63,995 bases of DNA, filler included, from Catajapyx aquilonaris (GCA_000934665.2; 4 parts of 4 records of this genome joined end to end with filler, not necessarily neighbours in it), one strand, 5' to 3'; shown: positions 52,301 through 63,995, numbered from the whole stretch's first letter. Numbers and translations: made by a program. The notes: a model not told the origin generated them from the sequence alone.

Positions 52301-54268
52301 CCCACCCAGTCGAGCGGGATACCCCATTCCTGTAAGGGCAAAGAAGCGTCATAACTCCAGAGTATAGCTAGTCAAAAAATCAAACTTCCCAGGCTACAAT
52401 AATAAGATAATTAATATAAAAAGATCAAACACCAAGTGGAAGACTGACCCCCATGAGCGTGCTCAAATCGTCGATAAGTAAATCCGATGCCTAGACAGTG
52501 TCGGGTGAAATCAAATCTTGCAACAGCCTCCAAGTATTCTGCTGGCGAATAGTAATAATTCTTGTTGATATAGTTCCCGGAAGTTGATGTGGATGCAAAC
52601 AATTTCACGTCGTCTATCTCAAGACCTATATTGTCGGGAGTTCCGTCATAATCGAAATCAGTTGTTCGCAATATTGCATCCGCTTCCCGAATGTAGTACT
52701 TCACCCGATCAACAGCCAACATGGAGTCGTTCTTGGCTAAATTATCGAAGAACTTGTCGTCGACGATGACGTAGAGAGAGCACAGCACTGCGTAATCCCT
52801 ATGAAACACTACTGTTATATTTTCGAACACATTGTACTTACCATTTTGCTAGAATGACATATTTAAAGGCATGCCACATATTTACCTGTCCTTGTCAAAC
52901 AGGGTTAGGGAATCTGTATTTCCGTGGGACCAAGATGGGATCCGTTTAGTCCGTATCCGATTTCTGAGAAAAAGTTTTTACGTGGTGAATACAGGCAGTA
53001 AACTCAAAATCTGCACATAAGCCCACACGCAATGGACTTCGGACATCACATTTTAATAAATTATATCTTACTATAAGGTAGAACTGCATAAAGTTGCACT
53101 TCCGAACATAATATTGAAAGGGTAGAAAGGGGGGTGGGGGAATTGAAAACCTATACGTTGGTTTTTCCCTCATATCCGATACGAATAAAATGTGGTGCCC
53201 ATTATTTATCTCTAAAGAATCTGAAGCTGCTTAAAGTTATGACAAAGAAATTGATTTTCGTCTTAATATTATATTCTTTCCATATTTGGAGCCACCCACT
53301 TCGACCCACTCACAGTACAGAAGTAGCACACTGTCTGGAGGGTATATACTACGATCTAGCACAAATGCTAGTAAAATAAATTTTAAAACCTATGACCTTT
53401 TAAAACATATTTTAAAAACCAAAAGCAGCAACGTATAATCAATTACTACTTACTTGGGCCTTACTCTAGAATGCATTCTTTTATCTCTAAATGGCATAAA
53501 TGGCACACTCATCTTCGGAAGAATTAGATAACGTTCTTCAAAAACTATGGCGTTTCCTCTGGCTGTTCCTCTGTTTATGCCGTTTCCTAGCTCAGATTCA
53601 TCTTCTGGAATTTTTATATGTGGTTCCATTTCTTCCGCACGCTCCACCCAGAATGTTAATCCATTTAAGCGCACGCTGCCATAGAATCGTTTTTGATAGA
53701 TGTAACCATTAACACTAGAAGTTAATTCGCCAATCACGTAACCTTCCACAGAACCACTGTGGAAGTGGCCGAGTTCCATAGATTCAGTTCGGTTAGAAAA
53801 CACAACTTCCACCTAGGAAAAGAAACTGTAAGTCCTGTGCACAGCCAGTTAATTAAAATTATGAATTAATAACATTAAATTCTGTATAGTTTTAAGCATG
53901 CTTGTCATGAGAAAAATATTTGAGCATTGTTATTTTTTATTGCGTCAAACTGGCCACTTGGTAATATTATTACATAGTCCATTAGAGTACAGAAACAAGT
54001 TTACCTTTCCGGCATCATTCACGGCTAGTCCTGAGTGTCGATTTTCGCCTCGAAGACACAGTTGCAAATTTCTTTTACGGAGGGTCAGTTTAACCAGCGC
54101 ACATGGCAAATCCGGACCTGCTTCTCTTTTGTTTCGTGCAGGATACAATGGTCCCTCTAAGTCCGAAAATACTCTTTCATAGTTGGTAAGTATTGACTGA
54201 TCCGATGGGGATGTACAAATTATTATGGACACCAGAAATATTGACAGCAGGGAGAGTCCTAATTCCAT
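49382..54268 (-). CDS. ADAM10/Kuzbanian-like protein A, predicted catalytically inactive, ~810 aa, 9 exons
   Basis: Exons 54268-54005, 53812-53454, 52963-52886, 52798-52449, 52329-52172, 52102-51662 (alternative donor 51635), 51442-51225, 50007-49573, 49511-49382. All GT-AG and in frame. Signal peptide, prodomain, RTKR furin site, metalloprotease domain (TDFDYDGTPDNIG, Met-turn YIM, FSACS), disintegrin (FCGNG.VE..EQCDCG), Cys-rich domain and hydrophobic C-terminus. The Zn motif reads HTLGHSFGARD. Confidence 0.82.
50621..50907 (+). mobile_element. tRNA-derived SINE (family A) in an intron of ADAM-like A
   Basis: A box TGGCGCTGTGG and B box GGTTCGATCCC. The body is homologous to 1230-1629. AATAAA-rich tail. 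Confidence 0.82.
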
Positions 54269-54940
54269 CTTTGATTAAATTTGGTCACCATGGATTGACA
54301 ACAGTATAGGTGTCAATAGATTCAAATTGTTTTCTGGGAGAATTCATAGCATGTTCAAATCTTAAAGCGGATATTTTCCAATAACGAAAGGCTCCATTTT
54401 TTTGCAGAGCCCATTGCACCAGCGCAAGATTCAGGTTCAGATATGAGATTAATGCCGTTAAGAAATGAATGGTTAGGTTCATTGTTGCCAACCATTAATA
54501 ACAAGAGAAAACCCGCACTGAAACCTGAATCTTTTGCTGATGCAACCGTTCACCCTGTAAGGATTTTTAGTGCATCAAATCACAATCATTCTGTACTGTC
54601 TTCCCCAACATTCATAATTCGGTAGTTATTGGTAAGCTCAGTTTTACAACATTTTCCTGCACCAACAAAATAAAGTCCACATGTGGGCGGCAAGTGTTTG
54701 AAGTGCATGGAATAGTAACTTTATTATTCTGGCCATAGATACTCGTATTAAAGGATAATATCTCTGAATCTGGCAATTTTTTTGTGCAAACCCAACTAAA
54801 TGTTGTAAAAAGCATCTTATTAGAGCAACAATATCGCTAACTAAAACGGACATTTCAATTGGGACATCCTGAAAATAGGTAAATTCACTGGGCTCAATAG
54901 AGCGTCATGAAGCAGAATATAACACATTCTTACTGGCCTG

Positions 54941-57251
54941 TCAGTATATAAACTTTATTATGAATAAAAATATCAGCAAACGCTGCGGGCGCAGGCCTGT
55001 TGAGAAAGATAGGGCGTTATCGTAATCTTCCTGAGTAGGGCACATTGATTTCATGTACTCTGGTGTGTCAGTAAGAAATTTGCAGGCATTAGGGTTCCCC
55101 CTAGCACCGCAGCAGTTGCGTTTCAGGCAATCCATAACCATCCCGCAATCACATTCTTCGCCTTTTTCTCGCACCGCTTTAAAGAGTAATATTAATTTAT
55201 GACAGTAATTATTTGGACTCACAATAAGAACTGAATCAATGGGATCAAGGTATTTACCATTTCCGCAAAACGATCCGTTAAAAGGCAGTAAGCAGTCACC
55301 ATGTTTTTGAATTTTCCGTCCCATAGCTCGTACACTGCAGGGAGAAAATGTCCACATGTTTTTGGTATTTTCCCATGGATGACTCCCCAGTCCCATGACA
55401 TAATGGCCTTCGACATCTCCAGTTTTGCATAGTACCAAATCTGATTGCCCATCATCCTGTGCTCCAAATGCATGACCCAGTTGATGTAGGAATGTTGTTA
55501 GAAAGGCATGAGTTGGAAGCAAGAAATAATTTTCTGAGCTGACAGTAACTACTATCACATTTCTGGGACGCTTTCCATTTTTCGCTTTCATGCATATTCC
55601 TTCGGCATCCTTCCCGGAATATCCTGAAAACGACGCATTGTGTTGGTTAATTATTTTTATACAGTCGCGTAAGTTTGCTACTGCTACGCACAAGTATTAA
55701 TTAGTTGCTGGTAAAATTACGCTGCATCACATCGGACCTGCCTCTTTTTGCCTTTTGGCCTTTTGCGTCAGATGATGCTGTGGAGAGTGGCTACACTTTG
55801 ATTTTTTAAAAGTTTGGAATGACATCATCATTTTCACAACAAAAGTAACATTATTAATTTTTTTTAAAAAAAACCACAACATAGAGTGGGTGGTTATAAT
55901 GGGTTCCTTCATGCCCTAAAGACAGAAATGGGAATACCCTATACGTGATCCAGAGCAGTTTTACCATTAGTGTCTACTTGTTTGTCAAGCAGTAAATATT
56001 TATTGCAGTACCTAATGAGATGTGGTCAAATGGTTCTGTTGTAAATATGACTCCGAGGCAGTAGTTGTTGAAGCCTCTGTCTACTTTGTTGGCTATTTTG
56101 ACGTACTTTCGAAAGTTGTTGCCAACCTGCATCCCTTGAGCCGTTAACCTTTTATCTACTTCAATCTGCAGTCAGATCGTAATTGATTAGTCATTCGTGA
56201 ACAAAGTGCTTCTTTTACAGGTCATACCTCCACAACTTCAAGTCCTATGTTGTCTGCCTTTCCGTCCCCGTTGAAATCTGTCGCTCGAAAAATTGCATTT
56301 ACTTCGTCCACGTAATACAGCATGAGGCGTTTTGCTAATGGCGTTCGTGTCCGTCCCACTTTAATCCAGAAGTCACGGTCTCCGAGCAACTTTAGTGGAC
56401 AAGTCATTCCCTTTATCCTATTTTGGCAGGAAATACATAATAATTAATATTACATATAGTTATATTTATATACTGTACCGTCACATTTTAAGAAGATTCT
56501 AACCTGTTTTCGTCAGTGTTCGGCAAGACACCATCTTCATATGATGAGAGTTTGATTATACCAGGACCAGGAGCATGCAACAGATATTTGTCCAAACGTT
56601 GCTGTATAAGCCTTTCTGAACTTCTCTTTCTGACGGTTGAAAGGGCATTTTTTGGTTCGTAAATGACAGCCATATAATTCCTTTCAGGTCCCCAAAAAGG
56701 GCGGTCTGCTGCTCGTTCTATCCAGTAGGTAGCTGTTTCAGTCTAACAATGTAAGATAACAATGTTTGGCTCATTTCATCATCAGGTACCGTACTAATTA
56801 TTATCTTTGTACAATGTTTACAGACAAATTCAAATCTTGTTCTTTTGAACACCCATAAGACCAAACAGGTTACCTGGATGGATCCAAAAAAGTGGTATTT
56901 GTCCAAGTATCCTCTGACGGCCGAATTAGACTGCTTCCCTATAACGTAACCTTCGACTAGTGTGTCTCCTGCAGGACTATAGTCGTCATCGGCCTCCGGT
57001 GACTCACCGGGAATAATCCTTCTCAATTTCTTGTGACGCAAGCAAATGTTGATAGGGTCAGGTTCGACGGGCACATGAAGGGTCATGGGGCACTGTGGCT
57101 CAGGCCACTGGTCCTGAGCGTGGACAGTGACATTGGACGAAAAGATGTTCCGAAGTCCTCGGCTGTGTTCTTCCTCGTGCCGCCTGTCTCCGCCAGTGAC
57201 TGACAGTAAGGCGAGAAGGCAGATCTTTTGCAGGAACATCCCATTAGCCAT
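54941..57251 (-). CDS. ADAM10/Kuzbanian-like protein B, predicted catalytically inactive, truncated after a partial disintegrin, ~520 aa, 6 exons
   Basis: Exons 57251-56874, 56742-56504, 56417-56228, 56165-56012, 55623-55258, 55176-54941, in frame. Signal peptide, RKR site, ATDFNGDGKADNIG, Met-turn YVM, FSPCS, FCGNAVREKGEECDCG and a hydrophobic C-terminus. The Zn motif reads HQLGHAFGAQD. Confidence 0.82.
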
Positions 57252-58223
57252 AACCCTCGCTCGTTGACAAGTTGCATTATTGGATTATTGCTAAGCAACA
57301 TTGTACAAATAGTTATGTTATGCTCGTCATCTCGCGGTGCAGTTTTAGGATCATAATCACGACAATGATATTACAACATTATATATTTTTAAACATTCCG
57401 CAATCAAAATATCATCCCGACATGACGGGAGTTGAACTTGTATTCTTAGCTATTTCATTGTTTATGAAAAATCTATGAAAAATCTCCATCTCTCAAGAAT
57501 ATGCTGGTGTCCTAATAATGTATCTAATAAAGAGTCCACATCATAAGTGCACTAAGTCATCTAGTATGGAATAACAAAGAAGTAGCTTAATGTTTCTTTA
57601 AGATTTTACGGTTAATTCACCACACAGGTAACAAAAATTGCTGGTTGATTTATATCACTACGAGGCATTCAACATAATGATTTGCTCACTATACAAGCTT
57701 AAAACAAAAGTAAGTCAATTTAAACTGAAATTATCTGAAACTACATAAGTTATAAGAATCAGCCAAAAGGATCCATGTTACAAAATCACTGTCGGTCACT
57801 GTTTTTTTTTGTTGATACGATTTAAAAACTAAACTGAACCATGGGTATGTATGCATGCATATTTAAAAAGTATATATAATAATTCTAGGGTTCGGAATTA
57901 TCTCAGGTTTCAAGCATCCACAATGGATCGTACTGTTTTCCCGCGGAAACTTTGCGAATACTGTATACCGCTGAATACCCTAGGAGTGTATACCACATCT
58001 TCAGCTGGCCACCATGTAAGCACCCCCGCCCCCCCCGCAATACTAGTGGCGCCATCTGTTAATCTAGAAAAATGCACCAGTATTTTTGAATCGTATACCG
58101 TACCTGCGATACAATATATCAATTAGTTAATTAAAAATTATCCAATTAAATTCTATATTTATCTATAATAATTCAGATTTATAAAATTAATTCTCTGTCA
58201 AATTCTGCCAAGAGAAACCTAAA

Positions 58224-58231
58224 TATCGATA
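58224..58231. promoter_or_regulatory. DRE element TATCGATA
   Basis: Perfect DRE within the palindrome AAATATCGATATTT, ~90 bp upstream of the ATG at 58322. DRE is typical of insect housekeeping promoters. Confidence 0.5.
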
Positions 58232-58321
58232 TTTCTGATTCAAGATCATCGGCTTCCTCCCGGCTGCCGGCTCCCGCCACTCCGCCAGGCCTAGTCGATG
58301 TTCGGAGGTAGCTACTGCTAG

Positions 58322-58685
58322 ATGAAACCTGTGGCTCATGTTCAGCAAGGAGAGCAGCGTCAGGTCAGCCGAGGGTTAGAGATCAGCCGGGGGCCCCAGC
58401 GCAGAATCAGTTGGAAAAAGGAGGAGTGTTTGCTGTATCGGAACATTAACGGAGAGCGACTTACCCACCGGTACGCCATCCAGGGTGGGAAAGCAGGACG
58501 CTGTGCCGAGTTTGTTCTGGATGCGGCACCATTCAACCATCGGCGCTGGGCCAAGCTGACAGTCATTCTCTTCGCCCTTTCGCTTCTGGGTCAGATAAAT
58601 GCTCGGGACATCAGGATTCTGCTTGGTGTAGTTGCTGCTCTCACCTGCCTTTTTGTACTGAAGCTCAGGCAGAAGGTCAAGTCTG
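58322..58685 (+). CDS. Probable first exon of PIG-H (GPI-GlcNAc transferase subunit H)
   Basis: ORF with RNINGERL..CAEFVL and two hydrophobic segments, ending KVKS-G|GTCAGT (phase 1, compatible with the recalled V..ESLL motif). The downstream exon was not found. Confidence 0.5.
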
Positions 58686-58770
58686 GTCAGTTGAGAGCAC
58701 ATGCGCCTTCTAGAATTTGGGTGATGGTGTACTGTTAACCCCTTCACTTCTAACTACCTAGAATCTAGGC

Positions 58771-58916
58771 CAGCGGTTCTTAACCTGGGGGTGCGACCAA
58801 GGTGCACCTCTGGGCTTAGTCTAAATATGAACTCAATCACCCTTGGTATAGGGGGTGCGACAAGGATCAACTGTCTTCAAAGGGGTATGGAGGCCCGAAA
58901 AGGTTAAGAACCCATG
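58771..58916. mobile_element. hAT (Charlie/MER5-like) MITE 1
   Basis: TIRs CAGCGGTTCTTAACCT and AGGTTAAGAACCCATG. TSD ATCTAGGC on both sides. Confidence 0.82.
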
Positions 58917-58924
58917 ATCTAGGC

Positions 58925-59662
58925 CAGTGGTTCCCAAACTGTGGGCCGCCAGCTTTAATTTTTTTTTGTAAACTATAAAATGATCTGGCGAAATGAGGAG
59001 CAAGAGAACAGTACATAAAAAAAAGAAAAAAAACAAATCCTGCACACCGCTTAGTTCTTAACCCTTAACTACGTAGGTGGAGCCTGAGAGGCTCCAAGCA
59101 CTATTTAAACGCATGTAACTTTTTCATCGAATTTTATTTTCCCCTGTCCTTCCGTGACTTTGTCAGACAAACCTTCCTAAGCATGAAAAGGAAAGAAATT
59201 TTTTTTAGTCCCTATTGTTTGGTTTAAAAAAATTCGTAACGAGGAACAGGTCCCTCCTGGACTCTATACTGGCTCTACCTATGCAGGTGAAGACTGAGCG
59301 GCTCAAGCATGATGTAACCTTTTAATTAAGAATTTTTCCCTGTCGGAATATGCTGACTCAGCGTGTGATTTTTACGTTATCGGAAGCCTAATGATCTGAA
59401 CTGCACTTTCTGTATGTGAAAAGTCCAATAAAACAATTTAGTTGATAAGCAGAAATTTAAATATACCGTTGGAGCCTCTCAGGCTCCACCTACGTAGTTA
59501 AAGGTGTTTCACCCACCTACGTGGTTAAGGGTTAACACAGAAAGCCTACACATGCACTCTTTGCGTGGGAGGTGACCAGGTGTAACTGGCTCATTAGGCG
59601 GGCCGCGAGGTATTTTCCCAATCTGATGTGGGCCGCGACCAAAAAAAGTTTGGGAAGCACTG
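58925..59662. mobile_element. hAT (Charlie-like) MITE 2 carrying a piggyBac MITE
   Basis: TIRs CAGTGGTTCCCAAACT and AGTTTGGGAAGCACTG. TSD ATCTAGGC / ATCTAGAC. Confidence 0.82.
59062..59531. mobile_element. piggyBac-type MITE
   Basis: TTAA-CCCTTAAC...GTTAAGGG-TTAA with an internal inverted TTAACTACGTAGGTGGAGCCTGAGAGGCTCCAA. Confidence 0.82.
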
Positions 59663-59830
59663 ATCTAGACGTGAGAACTCTACCACCAGGTACCAGCTAT
59701 ACCTCCAACGCTTAAATTCTTTTAGTTTCTGTTCCACTTACAAATAAATACAGTATATTTTACAAATAAAAGCAGCTGTACTTTTACATTCATGCTCTAC
59801 ACAATGCATGTGTTGGAAACAATTTTTCTC

Positions 59831-60553
59831 AATTGAAAACTTTTTTAATTCAGAAGTTTCACTAGACAAACTGAAACTGAGATATACATGTGAAAGGGCA
59901 AGTCGTTCTCTTATTTTAGACATAGGCACCATACGCGTTGGTGCATTTGTCCCAGCGGGACACTAGCTTTTCCATACCCCTGCAGAAAAAAGCGTCAGAC
60001 TGGGTGGGAAGCCAGTGGGCGATGGTCTCTTTCACTTCTTCGATGTCGTTGAAGTTCTGACCCGCCAGATGCTTCTTCATTGGTCCAAAGAGATGGTAGA
60101 CCATGGGTAAAACCACCTCTTTGGACCAAAAAAGAAGCACTAGCTTCTCAAAACCTCAGTGACGTCGAGGAGTGAAAGAGGCCATCCCCCACTGGCATCA
60201 CCCACTGAAGTTCTGGCCTTCAAGGTGCTTCTTTTTTGGTCCCAAGAGGTGGTTTTACCCATGGTCTATCATCTTTGTGGACCAATGAAGAAGCACCTGG
60301 CAGGTCAGAACTTCAGCGACATCGAGGAAGTGAAACAGGTCATCCCCCACTGGCTTCCCACCCAGTCTGACGCTTTTTTCTGCAGGAGTATGGAAAAGCT
60401 AGTGTCCTGCTGGGACCAATGCAACAAATTGTATGGTGACTATGTCTAAAATTAGAGAAAGAGTTGCCCTTTCAGATGTATATCTCAGTTTCAGTTTCTC
60501 TAGTGAAACTTCTGAATTAAAAACGTTTTCAATTACTTTTTGATTCGCCCTCG
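59831..60553. mobile_element. Foldback of two mariner 3' ends
   Basis: Arms ~59831-60140 (-) and ~60225-60534 (+) both encode HL(F/C)GPMKKHLAGQNF.DIEEVK..EKLVS.WD.C...YG.YV*. The right arm ends in a mariner TIR ..CCCTCG-TA. Confidence 0.82.
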
Positions 60554-60584
60554 TAATTTCCAAAGAGATCGCCGCACAAAATGC

Positions 60585-61256
60585 CCGCTATATTTCCATC
60601 ACCTAGATTTACCCTCCTGTTCAACTTACAAGGTAAGGGCAAGATATTTGACAAATAGTAAATAGCCATACTTACCCCTTCATGGAAAACACAACGTATG
60701 TATTGGAAACCATTTTCCTTGTGTATAAGTCCGTAAATTAATTTCCAAATAAGATCGTTGTAAAAGATGAAAATCCAAGTACTACTGGCCAACTGTTATG
60801 CTGATTTAATTATGAAATACGTTACAATATACAAAATGACAACCTTGAGAACTGTGCCACACACATTTACTGAAATCGTACTTTTCGAGAAATAAATCAA
60901 TACTTATTTGCGACTTGCCTATCACTTCGGAAAACTCCCAAATTTATTTATTTCTCGAAAAGTATGACGATTTCAGTAAATTCATGTGGCGTGGTTCTCA
61001 AGGTTATTCCATATATTGTAATATATATTTCATAATTAAATCAGCTTAACAGTTGGCCGCCAGTACTCTAATTTTGAGTTTTTACAGCAATCTTTTCGGA
61101 AATTAATTTAGTGACTCCTATGGGAGGAAAATGGTTTCCAACACATTCATAGTGTTTTCCACTAACGGGTAAGTATAGCTACTATTATTTGTAAAATATC
61201 TTGTTAGTATCTTCAGAGCACGCGTAAGCGGAAAACTAGGCGATGGCGAGTATAGC
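60585..61256. mobile_element. Old foldback element with ~310-bp diverged arms
   Basis: GCCAACTGTTATGCTGATTTAATTATGAAATA and TTTACTGAAATCGT..CTTTTCGAGAAATAAAT are mirrored at ~60945-61060. Confidence 0.7.
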
Positions 61257-61612
61257 TGGTACTATGTGGTTGAGTTCTCATCGCCAAGATTCTAGGTGCC
61301 TGGGAGTGAAGGGGTAAAGTGTGAGGTGAAGGGAGTGGAAAGTGGGTGAGAGTATACTTATGCATGAGAGTATGAGCATAACGAATGAATTAAATTGGGC
61401 CCCTAGGGTGAAATGCTTTTGGGGTGTCCATACCTTCCCAAAGAAATTTTTCAAGTGGAAGTACAAGTTGGGAATCTTTTATCAGTAATTCCAAAAACAG
61501 AAAACCTCCAACCTCCAGATTTTTTTTTTTTTTAAGTGCTGGCATGTCGCTCCACAACTGGAAAATTTCAAGTGAGTGTAACATGACTAGCGTCATTACC
61601 TGTATCTGCATT

Positions 61613-62993
61613 GAGGCGCTTAGAACAAGAGTGGCCCAAGTCCAAAAATGCCATTTTTGAGATAGGACTGCCATCACATTCAGAGAACTACTTCATGTTG
61701 GTAAAAGTAATGGTATAAGTCCTAAGTTGGATATTTGGGCAGTAAATGAGATATGTCATTTATGCTCCAAGGAGAGTTGCCTACCCCTTGGAGCAATCCT
61801 GGTGTAAGTCCCATACCAGCTGGGGGTGATAACTAAAATCTGGACTTCTTCGAGTTCCAACTCTGGCCGAAAGAGAGACAGTGGATCCCACCCTCCCTAC
61901 ACAAAAGAACCACCCTCCTGACACAACAGAAGGGTCGCGTTTGCAGTTGACCATTCCCTCTAGGCACAATAAAAATCGTGAAAATTAGGGTTCCCCCAAC
62001 TTCTACTGACAGTCAAATCCGTCAGATTTTGACAAAATTATTATTTGCTGAAAGGTTATAGCTAAATATATAAATCGGTTTCACGGGTCCAGAGCACCTA
62101 ATTTTTCCGCATTTTTGGGTGCTTGTTATGACATCACTTAAAATTTTACGACGGTGTAATTTACTTCCGAATGCAAATTGCTTTTTAAAATACTACATTA
62201 AGAATATGGGAAAAGTACATCACACATGTGTAAGAGAGAGGTCAGTTACACTTACAAAAAAAAGAAAAATCGGTTCTGCTGTTGTTAGTTAGCGAGAACT
62301 TTACTCTCAAATCCTCTTTATGCCCCCCTTAAAGATGGCCGACGAAGATCCAAACGATATTTCTGGGGGGACCTCTATGGACAAAATAATATTGTGTAAG
62401 ACAAATAATAAGTGTGGCTGTCAGTTTTGCCATGTTTAAAATTATGAATTTGCGAATTTTTAATATTTGCTGAAAATTTCCTTCTCTTAAAGTTTTTATT
62501 GAAATCAATTTTTACTAAAATAGTTTTTGTTCAAATTGAGGAATGGTCAAAGGAAATTTAATAAATACAGTTGAGACCAGATATAACAGCCTTGGCTATA
62601 ACAGACTCGAAAGGATGGTCCTGTCATATTTCCATAATTATGGTTTGTGTATTCAGCTATAACCTTGGTTATAAAAAGACTGATTTCCGCGGTCCCTTGA
62701 AGTCTATTATATCCGCATTAAATTGTATTACACCCAGTCAACAATGGTGTAAGTCCATGATTCTGTAGGATCATCATGGTGTAAGTCACATATGATTTTT
62801 TAAATCAATAAATCAATTTTTTTGTTACAGTAGCAATACATCTAAAAAAGACTGCCCTGCAATGATTGCCAATCTGACATAATATGGATCCAGACATATG
62901 ATTTCCCTTTTTTTCTATGACCTTCGAAACTTGCAGGTGAATTATCCCAACTTGAGCTTTTTGGACTTGGGCCACTTTTGTTCTAAGTGCCTC
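61613..62993. mobile_element. Non-autonomous DNA transposon with ~36-bp TIRs (Sola2-like GRG termini?)
   Basis: GAGGCGCTTAGAACAAGAGTGGCCCAAGTCCAAAAA and TTTTTGGACTTGGGCCACTTTTGTTCTAAGTGCCTC. Superfamily is tentative. Confidence 0.7.
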
Positions 62994-63995
62994 ATGTATA
63001 CAAAATTATTTGCATAATAATATACGTACATGAATCTGCCTTAATTGTGTATGTGTACTATTATGAAATGTAAATGGATATAAAATTGATATACATGGAT
63101 TTAGGGTTAGGTTCCATCCCATAGCAGCCGAATTGTGTAAAGTCTGAAACACGTCTCCTCCTCATTATTCGCTGGCACCTCACATATGGATGATGATTAT
63201 TATGACATAATTATGAAACATGTCAGGTCCCAATCATTTCAGATAAAGGATTCTCAAACTGTATTAGCATTGACTGCAGAGATTGACCACCAATCCAATG
63301 TTTGAATCATTCTCCACCTTCCATAAAGTGCATGCCATTGACTGTCACTTGAAAAAAGTAATAATTATTTTTCATTTCTCATGGGAATACAGTTGATGGC
63401 ATTGTATGGTCAATAAACTTAACCACCCCAAACCGTCCTTTCCACTGCAGCTGGGGTCTGAAGACACACTCAAAGACACTAATTTCAGGCTAATGTTCCA
63501 TGGTCCAGTAGTCTTAAGAGCGCGCTGTAGGCTACGCTATCCATTGTTGCGGGGAGCCCGTCGCGGGCCGGCCCGTGAGTTTGTCACTTCTTCCTCTCGC
63601 TGTCACGGTCGCAAATATGGAGGTATCGGCATGAAACTGGAGTATATGGACGCGAAAGAGTTGCACTTCGAGATGGTGCGCTTATTTTTCTCCTGGGGAG
63701 ATATTTGCGGCCGCCGCGGCCAGGTACAGTTTTTTTATTTTGACCTGCAATCACTCCTTTCCATGTCGGTACCTGTGAGATTCGAGACCATCACGAGGTT
63801 TTTACGCCGAATTACCGTAAGCGTGTGAAAGGGCACGAGTGTGTCAGTCTTGGTTTGGCCAAACTTTGGGATCGAAAATACCCCCCTCCATGAACAATAA
63901 CAACTCGCACGAAGAACGCGACGATCTGGCAGCGCCGCACTGACTGCCAGTTCCGCAACCACGGCGACTGTGCCACCCTTGACTTGTTTACATCG

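Noticed and set aside
63406..63995. Protein-coding gene at the window end
   Set aside because: The CpG-rich region has splice-donor-like sites and may be a promoter or UTR exon, but its ORFs resemble nothing I recognise.

Overview
Eukaryotic genomic DNA, probably from an arthropod and likely an insect. It is not prokaryotic. The window is four ~16-kb contigs joined by artificial 100-nt N-TTAATTAATTAA-N spacers (15988-16087, 32063-32162, 48136-48235), so adjacency across spacers is not meaningful. Contig 1 holds a complete 13-exon importin-4 gene with a U12-type intron, and a full-length LINE (17-bp TSD) whose ORF1 carries a 2A/StopGo-like motif. Contig 2 holds one TMEM200-like exon among MITEs and SINEs. 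Contig 3 holds 3' exons of an SLC49A4/DIRC2-like transporter, a complete HIGD1A-like gene and the last exon of DPH7. Contig 4 holds mariner and hAT relics, a probable PIG-H first exon, and a tandem pair of divergent ADAM10/Kuzbanian-like genes. The ADAM pair is the most novel observation: both lack the catalytic Glu, both have Asp instead of the third Zn-ligand His, and both end in GPI-signal-like tails with no cytoplasmic domain. Gene models were built by hand from splice signals and frame continuity. Family calls come from recalled motifs, not database searches.
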